A stretch of 64,000 bases of DNA, taken from positions 9,691 to 73,690 of the forward strand of contig JAFGWC010000119.1 of assembly GCA_016937695.1 (NCBI GenBank), written 5' to 3'. Below the pieces are notes generated by a model that was given only the letters and a program-made list of their open reading frames with translations, ran no database searches and was not told the DNA's origin. Position 1 is the first letter of the stretch. Every line of letters begins with the position of its first letter. This DNA is from Bacteroidales bacterium (lineage in GTDB: Bacteria > Bacteroidota > Bacteroidia > Bacteroidales > NBLH01). Shown here one piece after another: positions 1 through 11,513 of the stretch. Made by a program: the position numbers and the translations under genes.

Positions 1-2
1 CA

Positions 3-314
3 GCAAAAAAATTACAAAAAGAGCTTGATATACAGATAGTTATGACAACACTTTCTGAATTAGGAGTTTATATTAGCGATAATGGCGATTATTATCATGT
101 TCCGGCTGAAGTACGTGATATTGCTGATGTTTCTGGTGCTGGCGATACTGTTATTAGTACTGCAAGCCTTTGTTTAGCTGCAGGATTTTCGGCAAATGAC
201 ATTGCAAAAATTTCTAACCTCGCAGGCGGAATTGTTTGCGAAAAAGTTGGTGTTGTTCCAATTGACAAACACGTTTTATTAACAGAATGTATTAAAAGCT
301 ATCAAGCATTGTAA
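3..314 (+). CDS. PfkB-family D-glycero-beta-D-manno-heptose-7-phosphate kinase (RfaE/HldE kinase domain), 5' truncated
   Basis: DVSGAGDTV PfkB motif and NLAGGIVCEKVG C-terminus; frame open to the window edge. Confidence 0.85.
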   Translation, partial: AKKLQKELDIQIVMTTLSELGVYISDNGDYYHVPAEVRDIADVSGAGDTVISTASLCLAAGFSANDIAKISNLAGGIVCEKVGVVPIDKHVLLTECIKSYQAL

Positions 315-342
315 GTTTAAATAATAATTTTTAAAAACATTA

Positions 343-951
343 ATGAAAGAAGTTGCTCTCGAAAAAGATTATAATTCAGATTATTGGGAAAATAAATATC
401 TAAATAATAAAACTGGTTGGGATATTGGATATATTGCAACACCAATAAAAGAATATTTTGATCAAATAGAAGAGAAATCTGTAAAGATTTTGGTTCCCGG
501 TGCAGGAAACGGATATGAAGTAGAATATTTATTTAACAATGGTTTTAAAAATGTTTTTTTTCTTGATTACTCAGATTTTGCAACACAAAATTTCAAGAAA
601 AGAATTCCATCTTTTCCTGATAATCAAATAATTAACGAAAATTTCTTTTCACACAAAGGCAATTATAACATAATTGTTGAATTAGCCTTTTTTAGCTCAA
701 TTAAAAGAGAAATAAGAAAAAATTATGCATCTAAAATGCATGATTTATTAAGCGAAAAAGGCAAATTAATAGGGTTACTGTTTAATCATGAGTTTGAAAA
801 TGATTTTCCTCCTTTTGGCGGCACAGCAAAAGAATACAAAAATCTGTTTTCGCCTTATTTCAATATAAAATCAATGGAAATAGCTTATAATTCGATAAAG
901 CCAAGAGCAAACAGAGAGCTTTTTTTACATCTTATCAAAAAGCAGATTTAA
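343..951 (+). CDS. TPMT-family SAM-dependent methyltransferase
   Basis: YWENKY..TGWDIG, ILVPGAGNGYE SAM-binding motif, PPFGG. Confidence 0.85.
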   Translation: MKEVALEKDYNSDYWENKYLNNKTGWDIGYIATPIKEYFDQIEEKSVKILVPGAGNGYEVEYLFNNGFKNVFFLDYSDFATQNFKKRIPSFPDNQIINENFFSHKGNYNIIVELAFFSSIKREIRKNYASKMHDLLSEKGKLIGLLFNHEFENDFPPFGGTAKEYKNLFSPYFNIKSMEIAYNSIKPRANRELFLHLIKKQI

Positions 952-1451
952 AATCTTATCCTATCTAAAATAGTATCCAAATTTATATCTTTAGCTTCAG
1001 CAATTAAGTTTGCTTGTAAATAAAAACTTTCTCTTTCAGATAATAAATTATCAATATATATTTCTAAATCTTCCGATTTTTTGTTTTTCAATAAAGGCCT
1101 TTCTTCTTTAGCATTCAAAAGCCTATTTATTAGCGTTTTACTATCCGCTTTTAAATAAATACTAAATCCATTTTCATTAATTTCATTAATATTATCGAAA
1201 AAACAAGGAGTTCCTCCGCCTGTTGCAATAACCGTTTTTGAAAGTCTAAAAGTATCTCTTAATATTTTCTGTTCAATTATTCTAAATCTTTCTTCGCCGT
1301 ATTTATCAAAATACTCTGAAACAGACTGATTTACATATTTTTGAATTTCACTATCTAAATCAATAAAATCATATTCTAGTTTTCGGGCTAATTTTTTTCC
1401 CACAGAAGTTTTTCCACTTCCCATAAAACCTATTAAATAAATTTTATCCAT
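948..1451 (-). CDS. aroK: Shikimate kinase
   Basis: LIGFMGSGKT P-loop, DLD, FRxxE, ATGGG, RPLL. Confidence 0.95.
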   Translation of the reverse strand: MDKIYLIGFMGSGKTSVGKKLARKLEYDFIDLDSEIQKYVNQSVSEYFDKYGEERFRIIEQKILRDTFRLSKTVIATGGGTPCFFDNINEINENGFSIYLKADSKTLINRLLNAKEERPLLKNKKSEDLEIYIDNLLSERESFYLQANLIAEAKDINLDTILDRIRF

Positions 1452-1505
1452 AACAATTCAAATAACATTTATTCCAGATTTACATTTTCTTGAATTTTAA
1501 AAATA

Positions 1506-4121
1506 CTAAAATAAACTTGTTTGAGAATCACTTTCGTCGTTTATTTCGAAATCATTTTCATCTTCATTTTCATCTTCACTATTATCAACAAAATCAGGAA
1601 AATCAGCCTTAATAGGCTCAATAAAACTTAATTTACTGATATTAAAAGTGCTAATCCTTTTTCCTTTTGCTTTATATCCTTTAACACCAATAAATTCTGC
1701 GACATTAATTATTTCTTCAGGTCTTCCAAGATGTTTACCGCCAAATTCAATTTTAAGCTGAGGAATATAATCTTCTGAAATTGAAATTAATTTCGAATCG
1801 CTATCGTCAGGAATAAAAATTGCATTTTCAGAAGGCTCAATTTCAAAGCGTTTTAAATAATAAAAACTCTTCTCAGCATCAAAATAAATTGCAGAAAACA
1901 CTTTTGAAGGCACAAATTTTTCAATAATCAATAAATCATCTTCAAAATGATTAGAAATATCATAATCAGTTAATCTGTATGAGCCATTTTTATTGATTAC
2001 CAGTATTTTTTCGTCAGCTTTAAATTCACCAATCAAATCTCCTCTGCCTTCGCCATTTAGTCTAAAAACATCTCTGTCGAACCAAATTTTTTGTCCGGTT
2101 AAAGTAGAAATACCTTTTTCTTTGATTTGAATTTTATGAACCATATGTTTGGTAAGTATATTACCCATTGAACCTCTTCCCTTTATATCCAAAGTAGCAA
2201 AGTCCAATTCCCATGATAGTTTTTTTAATCTTGGTCTTGGTTTAAGCATAATTTTAACAACTTCAGCTTCACCATTTGGATTTGCAGAAAAGTACAGTAT
2301 TCTGGAATTTTCATTTCCTTGAGAAGCAAAATACTCTTTGTCTCTGGTAACTCCTTTAACTCCAAATCTTTTCATATATGTGTTTCCTGATTTTCCATCT
2401 CTGTAAATCAAATTATAAATTGTTCTGGAATCATTTTTATTGAAAACTGCAACATGAATTACATTTGCACCAATAAATACTTTTGATGATACTTTAGTTA
2501 CAAAATAAGTTCCATCTCTTCTAAAAACTATAATATCATCAATATCAGAACAATCTGAAATAAATTCATCTTTTTTTAATGAAGTTCCGGCAAAACCTTC
2601 TTCGTAATTTACATAAAGTTTTTCATTTGCTACAACAACTTTTGTTGCAACAATTACATCAAAATTTCTAATTTCTGTTTTTCTTTCTCGTCCTTTTCCG
2701 TATTTCTTTTTTATGTTTGTGTAATAATCAATAGTAAAGTCAATAATATTATTTAGATTAAAATTAACAGATTCCATTTCTTCTTCTATAGATTTGATGT
2801 ATTCATCAGATTTGAAAGCATCAAATTTAGAAATCCTCTTAATTTTAATTTCTGTTAATCTTACAATATCATCATATACTACTTCTTTTCTCAATAGCAT
2901 TTTAAATGGCTCAAGTCCTTTATCAATAGCTTCAACAATAGCTTCCCATGTTTCGCATTCTTCAATTTTTTGATAAATTTTATTTTCAATAAAGATTTTT
3001 TCCAAAGACGACAAATGCCAAGAATTATCTAATTCTTGCATTCTTATTTCAAGTTCAAGTTTAAGAAGAGCCACTGTATTTTGAACAGAAAGCTTTAAAA
3101 TTTCTTTAACACCGTAAAATTGAGGTTTATCTTCAAAAATTACAGTTGAATTTGGTGATATTGAGATTTCACAATCAGTAAAAGCATATAATGCATCAAT
3201 CATTTTATCAGGTGAAGTATCATTTAATAAATGCACTAAAATTTCAACTTTATCTGATGTGTTATCATCAATTTTTTTAATTTTTATTTTACCTTTATCA
3301 TTAGCTGCAAGTATAGACTCAATAAGGCTTGTGGTAGTTTTTCCAAACGGAAGTTCTGATATTATAAGAGATTTTTTATCTATTTTTTCAATTTTTGCTC
3401 TAATTCTAACTTTACCACCTCTTAAACCATCATTATATCTTGAAAAGTCGGCCATTCCACCAGTAGGAAAATCTGGTAAAATTTCATAATCCAAACCTTT
3501 TAAATGTTTAATAGAAGCGTCTATTAATTCATTAAAGTTATGAGGTAAAATTTTTGATGCAAGACCAACCGCAATTCCTTCTACACCTTGTGTTAATAAA
3601 AGAGGAAATTTTACAGGTAAATGAAATGGTTCTTTATTTCTGCCATCATAAGAAAGTTTCCATTTAGTAGTTTTTGGATTAAAAACAACTTCCAGAGCAA
3701 ATTTTGATAATCTGGCTTCGATATATCTTGGCGCAGCAGCACTATCTCCGGTATAGATATTTCCCCAGTTTCCTTGAGCATCAATCAACAAATCCTTTTG
3801 TCCTAACTGAACCAGAGCATCACCAATTGAAGCGTCGCCATGAGGATGAAATTGCATTGTATGGCCAATAATGTTTGCAACTTTATTATATCTGCCATCA
3901 TCCAACTTTTTCATCGAATGTAAAATTCTGCGATGCACAGGTTTTAAACCATCTAAAATGTGAGGCACTGCTCTTTCAAGAATTACATAAGATGCGTATT
4001 CTAAAAACCAGTTCTCATACATTCCTGATACATACTTAACATCTTGCATTTCACCATTTTCGTTAAGCAAATCATTCTCTTTTTCTATCGTTTTGTCTTT
4101 ATTTGGATTGTCTATTGACAT
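1506..4121 (-). CDS. parC: DNA topoisomerase IV subunit A (Bacteroidota type)
   Basis: DGLKPVHRR, HPHGD, AAPRYIEARL catalytic Tyr; follows parE. Confidence 0.9.
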   Translation of the reverse strand: MSIDNPNKDKTIEKENDLLNENGEMQDVKYVSGMYENWFLEYASYVILERAVPHILDGLKPVHRRILHSMKKLDDGRYNKVANIIGHTMQFHPHGDASIGDALVQLGQKDLLIDAQGNWGNIYTGDSAAAPRYIEARLSKFALEVVFNPKTTKWKLSYDGRNKEPFHLPVKFPLLLTQGVEGIAVGLASKILPHNFNELIDASIKHLKGLDYEILPDFPTGGMADFSRYNDGLRGGKVRIRAKIEKIDKKSLIISELPFGKTTTSLIESILAANDKGKIKIKKIDDNTSDKVEILVHLLNDTSPDKMIDALYAFTDCEISISPNSTVIFEDKPQFYGVKEILKLSVQNTVALLKLELEIRMQELDNSWHLSSLEKIFIENKIYQKIEECETWEAIVEAIDKGLEPFKMLLRKEVVYDDIVRLTEIKIKRISKFDAFKSDEYIKSIEEEMESVNFNLNNIIDFTIDYYTNIKKKYGKGRERKTEIRNFDVIVATKVVVANEKLYVNYEEGFAGTSLKKDEFISDCSDIDDIIVFRRDGTYFVTKVSSKVFIGANVIHVAVFNKNDSRTIYNLIYRDGKSGNTYMKRFGVKGVTRDKEYFASQGNENSRILYFSANPNGEAEVVKIMLKPRPRLKKLSWELDFATLDIKGRGSMGNILTKHMVHKIQIKEKGISTLTGQKIWFDRDVFRLNGEGRGDLIGEFKADEKILVINKNGSYRLTDYDISNHFEDDLLIIEKFVPSKVFSAIYFDAEKSFYYLKRFEIEPSENAIFIPDDSDSKLISISEDYIPQLKIEFGGKHLGRPEEIINVAEFIGVKGYKAKGKRISTFNISKLSFIEPIKADFPDFVDNSEDENEDENDFEINDESDSQTSLF

Positions 4122-4148
4122 AAAATTTGTTCCTTTTTTATTATATAT

Positions 4149-5987
4149 TTATTGTTCAATAAGGTCTTCTTCAAATCTCAAATTTTCAATTATAAAATCT
4201 TGTCTTTCTGGCGTGTTCTTTCCCATATAAAAGTCAAGAAGTTCAGAACTTGATTCGTCTCTTTTAAATAAAACAGGTTCAAGTCTTATTTTTTTACCTA
4301 TAAAATATTTAAATTCATCAGGTGATATTTCACCAAGTCCTTTAAACCTTGTTATTTCATGATTTTTTCCCAATTTCTCAATAGCTTCAGTTTTTTCCTG
4401 TTCTGAATAACAATAAATAGTGTCTTTTGTGTTTCTAACTCTAAACAAAGGAGTTTGAAGTATGTATAAATGTTTCTTTTTTAAAACTTCAGGAAAAAAT
4501 TTAATGAAGAAAGTAATCAACAAAAGTCTTATGTGCATTCCATCAACATCAGCATCTGTAGCTATAACAATATTATTATATCTGATATTTTCAATTCCTT
4601 CTTCAATATTTAAAGCAGCTTGTAATAAATTAAATTCTTCGTTTTCGTAAACAACTTTTTTAGTAAGCCCATATGTATTTAAAGGTTTTCCTTTTAAACT
4701 AAAAACAGCCTGAGTATTAACATCTCTTGATTTAGTTATTGAACCACTAGCAGAGTCGCCCTCAGTAATAAAGATTGTTGATTCATAACGTCTATCATCA
4801 TTTGAATGATAATGAATTCTACAATCTCTTAATTTTTTATTATGCAGGCTAACTTTTTTTGCTCTTTCTCTTGCAAGTTTTTGAATTCCTGAAATTGCTT
4901 TTCTCTCTTTCTCAGATTCCTGAATTTTCTTAAGCAGTATTTGTGCAGTTTCAGAGTTTCTATGCAAATAATTATCTAAAGCTGTTGTGATAAAATCCAT
5001 TATAAAATTTCTGACCGAAATACCATCAGGAGACATGTTTTTAGACCCAAGTTTTGTTTTAGTTTGAGATTCAAAAACAGGTTCTTCAATTTTAACACTA
5101 ACAGCAGCAATTATTGCAGATCTAATATCAGAAACATCAAAATCTTTATTATAAAAATCTCTTATTGTTTTTGCAACAGCTTCTCTAAAAGCCAATAAAT
5201 GGCTTCCGCCTTGAGCAGTTTGTTGACCATTTACAAATGAGTAGTATTCTTCGCCGTATTGATCGCCATGAGTAATTGCAACTTCAATATCTTCCCCTTT
5301 TAAGTGTATTATCGGATATAACGGTTCGCTATTCATATTCTCCTGTAGCAAATCTAAAAGACCGTTTTTCGAATAAAAAGACTGCCCATTAAAGTTTATC
5401 GTAAGCCCAGAATTAAGATAAACATAATTTCTGAGCATTGTCTCAACGTAATTAGAAATAAAATGATAATCGCCAAAAAGACTTTTATCAGGAACAAAAA
5501 TTACTTCAGTTCCATTTGTTTCATCTGTCTTAACAATTTCAAATTCTTCTACTAGATTTCCTTCAGAAAAATGTATTTCCTTTAACTGATTTTCTCTAAA
5601 TGATTTGATTATGAATTTATGAGACAGTGCATTAACAGCCTTAATACCAACGCCATTTAGGCCTACAGATTTTTTAAATACTTTGGAATCATATTTCGCA
5701 CCTGTATTCATTTTTGAAGCAACATCAATTAATTTGCCTAAAGGTACTCCTCTACCAAAATCTCTAATATTAACTTTATGATCAGAAATATTAACCATGA
5801 TTTTTTTTCCGAAGCCCATCATATACTCATCCACAGAATTATCAAAAACTTCTTTTAATAATATGTAGATTCCATCATCTTGAGAAGTACCATCACCAAG
5901 TTTTCCGATGTACATTCCGGGTCTTTTTCTAATGTGTTCTTTCCAATCAAGAGTTCTAATTGTATCTTCTGAATATTTTTCAATCAT
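4149..5987 (-). CDS. parE: DNA topoisomerase IV subunit B
   Basis: [24 protein letters not shown] motif, ITEGDSA and DADVDG TOPRIM, RFKGLGE. Confidence 0.92.
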   Translation of the reverse strand: MIEKYSEDTIRTLDWKEHIRKRPGMYIGKLGDGTSQDDGIYILLKEVFDNSVDEYMMGFGKKIMVNISDHKVNIRDFGRGVPLGKLIDVASKMNTGAKYDSKVFKKSVGLNGVGIKAVNALSHKFIIKSFRENQLKEIHFSEGNLVEEFEIVKTDETNGTEVIFVPDKSLFGDYHFISNYVETMLRNYVYLNSGLTINFNGQSFYSKNGLLDLLQENMNSEPLYPIIHLKGEDIEVAITHGDQYGEEYYSFVNGQQTAQGGSHLLAFREAVAKTIRDFYNKDFDVSDIRSAIIAAVSVKIEEPVFESQTKTKLGSKNMSPDGISVRNFIMDFITTALDNYLHRNSETAQILLKKIQESEKERKAISGIQKLARERAKKVSLHNKKLRDCRIHYHSNDDRRYESTIFITEGDSASGSITKSRDVNTQAVFSLKGKPLNTYGLTKKVVYENEEFNLLQAALNIEEGIENIRYNNIVIATDADVDGMHIRLLLITFFIKFFPEVLKKKHLYILQTPLFRVRNTKDTIYCYSEQEKTEAIEKLGKNHEITRFKGLGEISPDEFKYFIGKKIRLEPVLFKRDESSSELLDFYMGKNTPERQDFIIENLRFEEDLIEQ

Positions 5988-6001
5988 TTTATAAATTTTT
6001 G

Positions 6002-6009
6002 CAAATATA
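6002..6009 (-). promoter_or_regulatory. Bacteroidota primary-sigma -7 element (TATATTTG) upstream of parE
   Basis: Matches TAnnTTTG 14 bp upstream of the ATG. Confidence 0.55.
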
Positions 6010-6159
6010 TAAAATCCAATAAATGTATTATTAGCCTAATTAACAAAGTTATTAACATCACTAATGTTAATCAGGAATAAAATATTTATAACTAATTGAA
6101 ATTTAAAATATTTTGTATGATAAGATATTAAGATATGTGTATTATGAAAAAATTAAGAA

Positions 6160-8448
6160 TTAGAATAATTCTACTTCAATTTTTTGGATAAATGCAGTAA
6201 GGCTATATCTTTTACCTATTTGTGCTTCTGAAAGAGTTAATAAAACAGAAATTTGATCGCCAAATTTATCAACTATAAATACTTCTGTTCTAGTATTTAA
6301 AAGTGTATCATCGCCATATTTAAAATATCGACCCATATAATCTTCATCTTTATATTCTTCATTTTCAGGAAGTAACTCAGTTATATGCCTGTTTATAACT
6401 TTTTTACCATCAATTGACCATAAATCTTCGGCAGCCTTATTGAAAAACTGGATAATATTATCTTGATTAATTGTTACAACAGCATCTAACATTCCAGCCA
6501 TAGTTTTCTCATTAAGAAGTTTAACAGTTTCAATTTCTCTAAACTGTGCTCTCATTTCTTCTCTGGCTTCTCTAAGTTTTTTTGTTAATTCTTCTTGTGA
6601 TTGTTGTAATTTTTCTTCTTGAGCTCTTAATTTTTGGGTTTGTATTTTATTTTCTTCTTCAAATTTAATTTGATTAGTAATCTCATATCCTATATAAACA
6701 ATTTTCGCAATGTCTCCATACATATCTCTAACAATAGAATATGTTCCATGAAACCATTTTTCACCGCCACTTTCAGCAATCATTTTCAATCTTCCTTCGA
6801 AAGAAGCTCCTGCAACAACGTTTTTCCAAATAATTGTAAATTCATTTATTTCAGAAGAATCAATAAAATCAAAAATTGTTTTATCTCTTAACTCATTTCT
6901 CTTATATTCAAGAGCATTTTCAAATTTATCGTTAAAATCAAGCATTTTACCTCCTGGCGAAAATTCAGCTTTTATTGTAGATCTGTTAAGAGCATCAATT
7001 TGTCCAGTATAATCAAGACTTTGTTTTTTCGCATCAGTTGTATCTATTCCAAGGAAAAGTATTTTTTCAGGATTTCCTTCATGATCTCTAACACTAACAT
7101 ATGTAGCCATAGTCCATACATCAGTTCCTTGTTTGGAAACGTGTTTCATGTCGCCTTCAAAATGTTTTCCGCCTTCATTTAGTCTTGCCCAAATATCTTC
7201 AAACCATTCACGGTCTTTTTCGTTAATAAACATTGAAATATGTTGTCCTTCTACTTCTTTATTTGAGCTATATCCTAATTTTTTTAAAAATTTTGTATTT
7301 GCATAAAGCAAAATTCCTTCAATGGTATATTCAGCTCTAATCATTGTATGATTAACCGAATTCGTGAAGCTTATAAATTGTTCGCTTTGTTTGGCCGCTT
7401 CTATCTGAGTTTTCTTGAGTTTTTCCATACTCTCAAGCATCTCTTTTTCCTGCATTGCCATTTTCTCTTGAGTTCCTCTGGAATCATAAAGCAACTGAGA
7501 TGTTTGCATATTAATTTTCAAACTTGAAATAGTAGATGCGATACTTTCTGCAACTTTTTCAACAAGTTCTATTTCAAATGATTCGAAAGTTTTAAAAGAT
7601 GCAAGTTCTACAGCTCCAAAAACCTTTTCGTTTACTAGAAGTGGAACAATTAGCATACTTCTTGGATTGGATTTACCAAGTCCTGAAGTTATTTCGACAT
7701 AGCTTTCATTAACCTCGTCTAAAAAAATTGTTTTTTTCTCTAATATACATGCTCCAACTAGACCTTCTCCCCATTCAAAAACTTTATCGCTAAATTTATT
7801 ACGTCCATATGCAAAAGCTCCTGTTTGTTCAATAATGAGATTTTCAGGTTCAGAATCATTTACAACATATATTCCAACAACTTGAGATTCAAGATATTGT
7901 GAAAGATTGCTAACAACGCTGTAAGAAAGGGCTTCTAAATCGTTACTTGTTTCTCGTAAGATTGCACCAAATTTTGCAATTCCTTCTGTAATCCAATGTC
8001 TTTGATCGTCTTCTTTCTTTCTGAAATTGGCTTCTTCTTCTTTCTGCTTTAATTCATTTCTAAGGTTTACCAATGATTTGGAAAGTTCATTATTCATTCC
8101 AAGCACATCATCCTCTACAAAATTTCCTTTTCTAAGCTCTTCTGTAAATCTAAAAACACTTTTTGTTTTATCTTTTTCTTGACTTAGTTCTTCAAGCAAT
8201 TTTTCTTTTGTGTCGGAATATAATCTTCCAACAAAATAACCAATTATTGTAAATGCAGCGATAACAGAAAAGTCAAAAAGTAAATTTACGGGATTATCTT
8301 TATAATATTGATATACACCATATAATGAAAAGCGATAAGAATTGTTCAATAATCCGTTGATTATAAAAATTATTCTAATCAGCACTCCAAGTACTAATCC
8401 ATTTATACTATTTCTAATTATATAATCTTTATTTTCGGATTTATTCAT
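6160..8448 (-). CDS. Membrane-anchored GAF + multi-PAS coiled-coil signalling protein with no recognisable output domain
   Basis: N-terminal hydrophobic helices; GAF (WGEGLVGAC..EITSGLG..LIVPL..GAVELAS); three PAS/PAC repeats (ANTKF..LGY, NDKF..LEY, FNKAAE..W); ends EVELF. Confidence 0.8.
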   Translation of the reverse strand: MNKSENKDYIIRNSINGLVLGVLIRIIFIINGLLNNSYRFSLYGVYQYYKDNPVNLLFDFSVIAAFTIIGYFVGRLYSDTKEKLLEELSQEKDKTKSVFRFTEELRKGNFVEDDVLGMNNELSKSLVNLRNELKQKEEEANFRKKEDDQRHWITEGIAKFGAILRETSNDLEALSYSVVSNLSQYLESQVVGIYVVNDSEPENLIIEQTGAFAYGRNKFSDKVFEWGEGLVGACILEKKTIFLDEVNESYVEITSGLGKSNPRSMLIVPLLVNEKVFGAVELASFKTFESFEIELVEKVAESIASTISSLKINMQTSQLLYDSRGTQEKMAMQEKEMLESMEKLKKTQIEAAKQSEQFISFTNSVNHTMIRAEYTIEGILLYANTKFLKKLGYSSNKEVEGQHISMFINEKDREWFEDIWARLNEGGKHFEGDMKHVSKQGTDVWTMATYVSVRDHEGNPEKILFLGIDTTDAKKQSLDYTGQIDALNRSTIKAEFSPGGKMLDFNDKFENALEYKRNELRDKTIFDFIDSSEINEFTIIWKNVVAGASFEGRLKMIAESGGEKWFHGTYSIVRDMYGDIAKIVYIGYEITNQIKFEEENKIQTQKLRAQEEKLQQSQEELTKKLREAREEMRAQFREIETVKLLNEKTMAGMLDAVVTINQDNIIQFFNKAAEDLWSIDGKKVINRHITELLPENEEYKDEDYMGRYFKYGDDTLLNTRTEVFIVDKFGDQISVLLTLSEAQIGKRYSLTAFIQKIEVELF

Positions 8449-8645
8449 GTTTTTTTATTATTGCATTTATCAAAATAATAAGAAATGATATACTTTTTTA
8501 ATTATTTTACAAATACTGTACAAATTAGTAATAATAATAAAAAAAAATGATTTTTTAAACATAACTTTAAAAAAATCACAAATAGTTTACTTTTACAAAT
8601 ATTAATAAAAATTTTCAGAAAGATAAATTTTTAACAAACAAAAAG

Positions 8646-9023
8646 TTAATGTTTTAGATATTTATCAATAAGTTTACTAAGTTTATCCACAGAATAAGGT
8701 TTCGAAACAATTTCATTAAATCCTGCAGTATTAATATCGTCGCCATAGTCGGTAGGATTATGTGCGGTTAGTGCAATAACCGGAAGTTGACTTGTATTAC
8801 TTTGCATCTCTTTTCTTATGTATCTTACTGTTTCTATACCATTCATTACAGGCATTTCTATATCAAGAAAAACCATCCCAAATACTTCAGTTTCTAATAA
8901 TTTTATTGCTTTTTGTCCATCAGCAGCAGACTCAGAGTCAATTCCCAAGCTTTCCAGAGTTGAGCTTAATAGAAGTCTATTTGAAAATATATCATCAACG
9001 ATTAATATTTTATTAGTTTTCAT
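8646..9023 (-). CDS. Single-domain response regulator (REC)
   Basis: IVDD, FLDIEMPVMNG (phospho-Asp), ALTA, SKPY. Confidence 0.92.
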   Translation of the reverse strand: MKTNKILIVDDIFSNRLLLSSTLESLGIDSESAADGQKAIKLLETEVFGMVFLDIEMPVMNGIETVRYIRKEMQSNTSQLPVIALTAHNPTDYGDDINTAGFNEIVSKPYSVDKLSKLIDKYLKH

Positions 9024-9046
9024 CTCAAAATTATTAAAAATAATAA

Positions 9047-10315
9047 TTATTCTTCTCTTACATCAATTTTTTCAATATTCTCTTCAACTTTATCGTCAAT
9101 GTTTTCTTGTTCAATTATCTCTTCTAAGTATAAAGTTTTAATTTCTTTTTGTTTCCAAAGCTTTATAGCTTCTTGATTTATTTCTTCTTTTGCATCTTCA
9201 ATTTGTTTAATTAAACTTTCATTGTTTCTTTTCTCAGAATCAACTTGAAGGATGTTTTTTTGTTGAAGTAGTTCTATATAATTATTAGCTAATGTTTTAG
9301 CTTTTATCTTTTGCTTTTTGTATTCAACCATTTTTTCATACTCTTCTTTTTCTATAAGCTCATCATAAGCTCCTCTTCTTGATAATAATTTAACTAATAC
9401 TGGTGCTGATTCAATTAAAACAAAAAGCAAGAATATAAACCAACTAGCATATTTAACAGTACTACTTTTATTGCTTAACACCGACATTGCTTCTAATCTG
9501 GCTAAAAGTCCATCTGCATTTTTTATTTCAGTTTCACTTAATTTTAGTTGCTGATTTTTTATTTTAGAAAGTTCATCTATTTGTTTATTGTTTTTTTCTA
9601 TTAATAAATTGTTTCTTTTACTTAATTGTGTCAATTCATAGTCGATTTTGTCATATTCTTGTTTTTTTTCTATATAAACAGGTCCTTTTCCAATTACACC
9701 GGTTGGGCTTTTCCCTTCTGCTTCGACTATAATCATATCAAATAACTTCTTACGAAATTCTTCTTTTACTATTATTTCATTTTTTAATTTAAGATTTTCG
9801 TTTTTTAAAACATCTATTTCATTAAATTCCTGTCCTACTAAATCACTGTATTTAAGCGTATTCTCAACTGTTAAGTTTTGTAATACTCCATTAATTTCTT
9901 TTTCAAAAAGTTTTAATTCTAATGGTTTTGAAATAACAACTGCAAGTAAAACAGCAAGCAATAATCTGGGTATTGAAAATAATAATTCAGAAAAAACTTT
10001 TTCTTCTTTTTTAAGACTAGAAACAATAAACCAATCAAGAAAAAATATCAAAATTCCCCAAAAGACACCAAATATAATTGAAATTGCGAGAGAATTAAAA
10101 ATCATGAATAACGCATAAAATCCTGTAATAGATGCCATTATGCCTGTTAGAAAGATAATTACGCCAATCCCCAAAAACTTATTATAATCGGTAGGGCAAC
10201 TTTTTAATAAATACAATCTGGCTCCTGAGCACCAACTAAAGAATCTGTAAAAAAATCCCATTTTTATATTACCTATATACATTGTATCAGGCTCACTGTT
10301 AATAGTTTCTTCCAT
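9047..10315 (-). CDS. DUF4407-family membrane coiled-coil protein
   Basis: WCSGA, LDWFIVSS, PRLLLAVLLAVVISKPLELKLFEKEI, GKGPVY, IESAPVLVKLL; 3 TM, coiled coil, then 1 TM. Confidence 0.8.
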   Translation of the reverse strand: MEETINSEPDTMYIGNIKMGFFYRFFSWCSGARLYLLKSCPTDYNKFLGIGVIIFLTGIMASITGFYALFMIFNSLAISIIFGVFWGILIFFLDWFIVSSLKKEEKVFSELLFSIPRLLLAVLLAVVISKPLELKLFEKEINGVLQNLTVENTLKYSDLVGQEFNEIDVLKNENLKLKNEIIVKEEFRKKLFDMIIVEAEGKSPTGVIGKGPVYIEKKQEYDKIDYELTQLSKRNNLLIEKNNKQIDELSKIKNQQLKLSETEIKNADGLLARLEAMSVLSNKSSTVKYASWFIFLLFVLIESAPVLVKLLSRRGAYDELIEKEEYEKMVEYKKQKIKAKTLANNYIELLQQKNILQVDSEKRNNESLIKQIEDAKEEINQEAIKLWKQKEIKTLYLEEIIEQENIDDKVEENIEKIDVREE

Positions 10316-10334
10316 AAATATTACTTTTGAAGAA

Positions 10335-10342
10335 CAAATTTA
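10335..10342 (-). promoter_or_regulatory. Putative -7 element (TAAATTTG) upstream of the DUF4407 gene
   Basis: TAnnTTTG in the 42-bp cheB-DUF4407 gap. Confidence 0.4.
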
Positions 10343-10357
10343 ATAAAATTAAACTAA

Positions 10358-11440
<1,083 letters not shown>

Positions 11441-11461
11441 CTAAATTATCCCTTTCTACAA

Positions 11462-11469
11462 CAAATCTA
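11462..11469 (-). promoter_or_regulatory. Putative -7 element (TAGATTTG) upstream of cheB
   Basis: TAnnTTTG in the 73-bp cheD-cheB gap. Confidence 0.4.
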
Positions 11470-11513
11470 TAAAATTTTAAGCTATTTTGCAATTGATGAT
11501 TCTTGTTTTTTGA

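Noticed and set aside
8683-8691. Perfect DnaA box TTATCCACA
   Set aside because: Single copy inside the response-regulator CDS; expected by chance.
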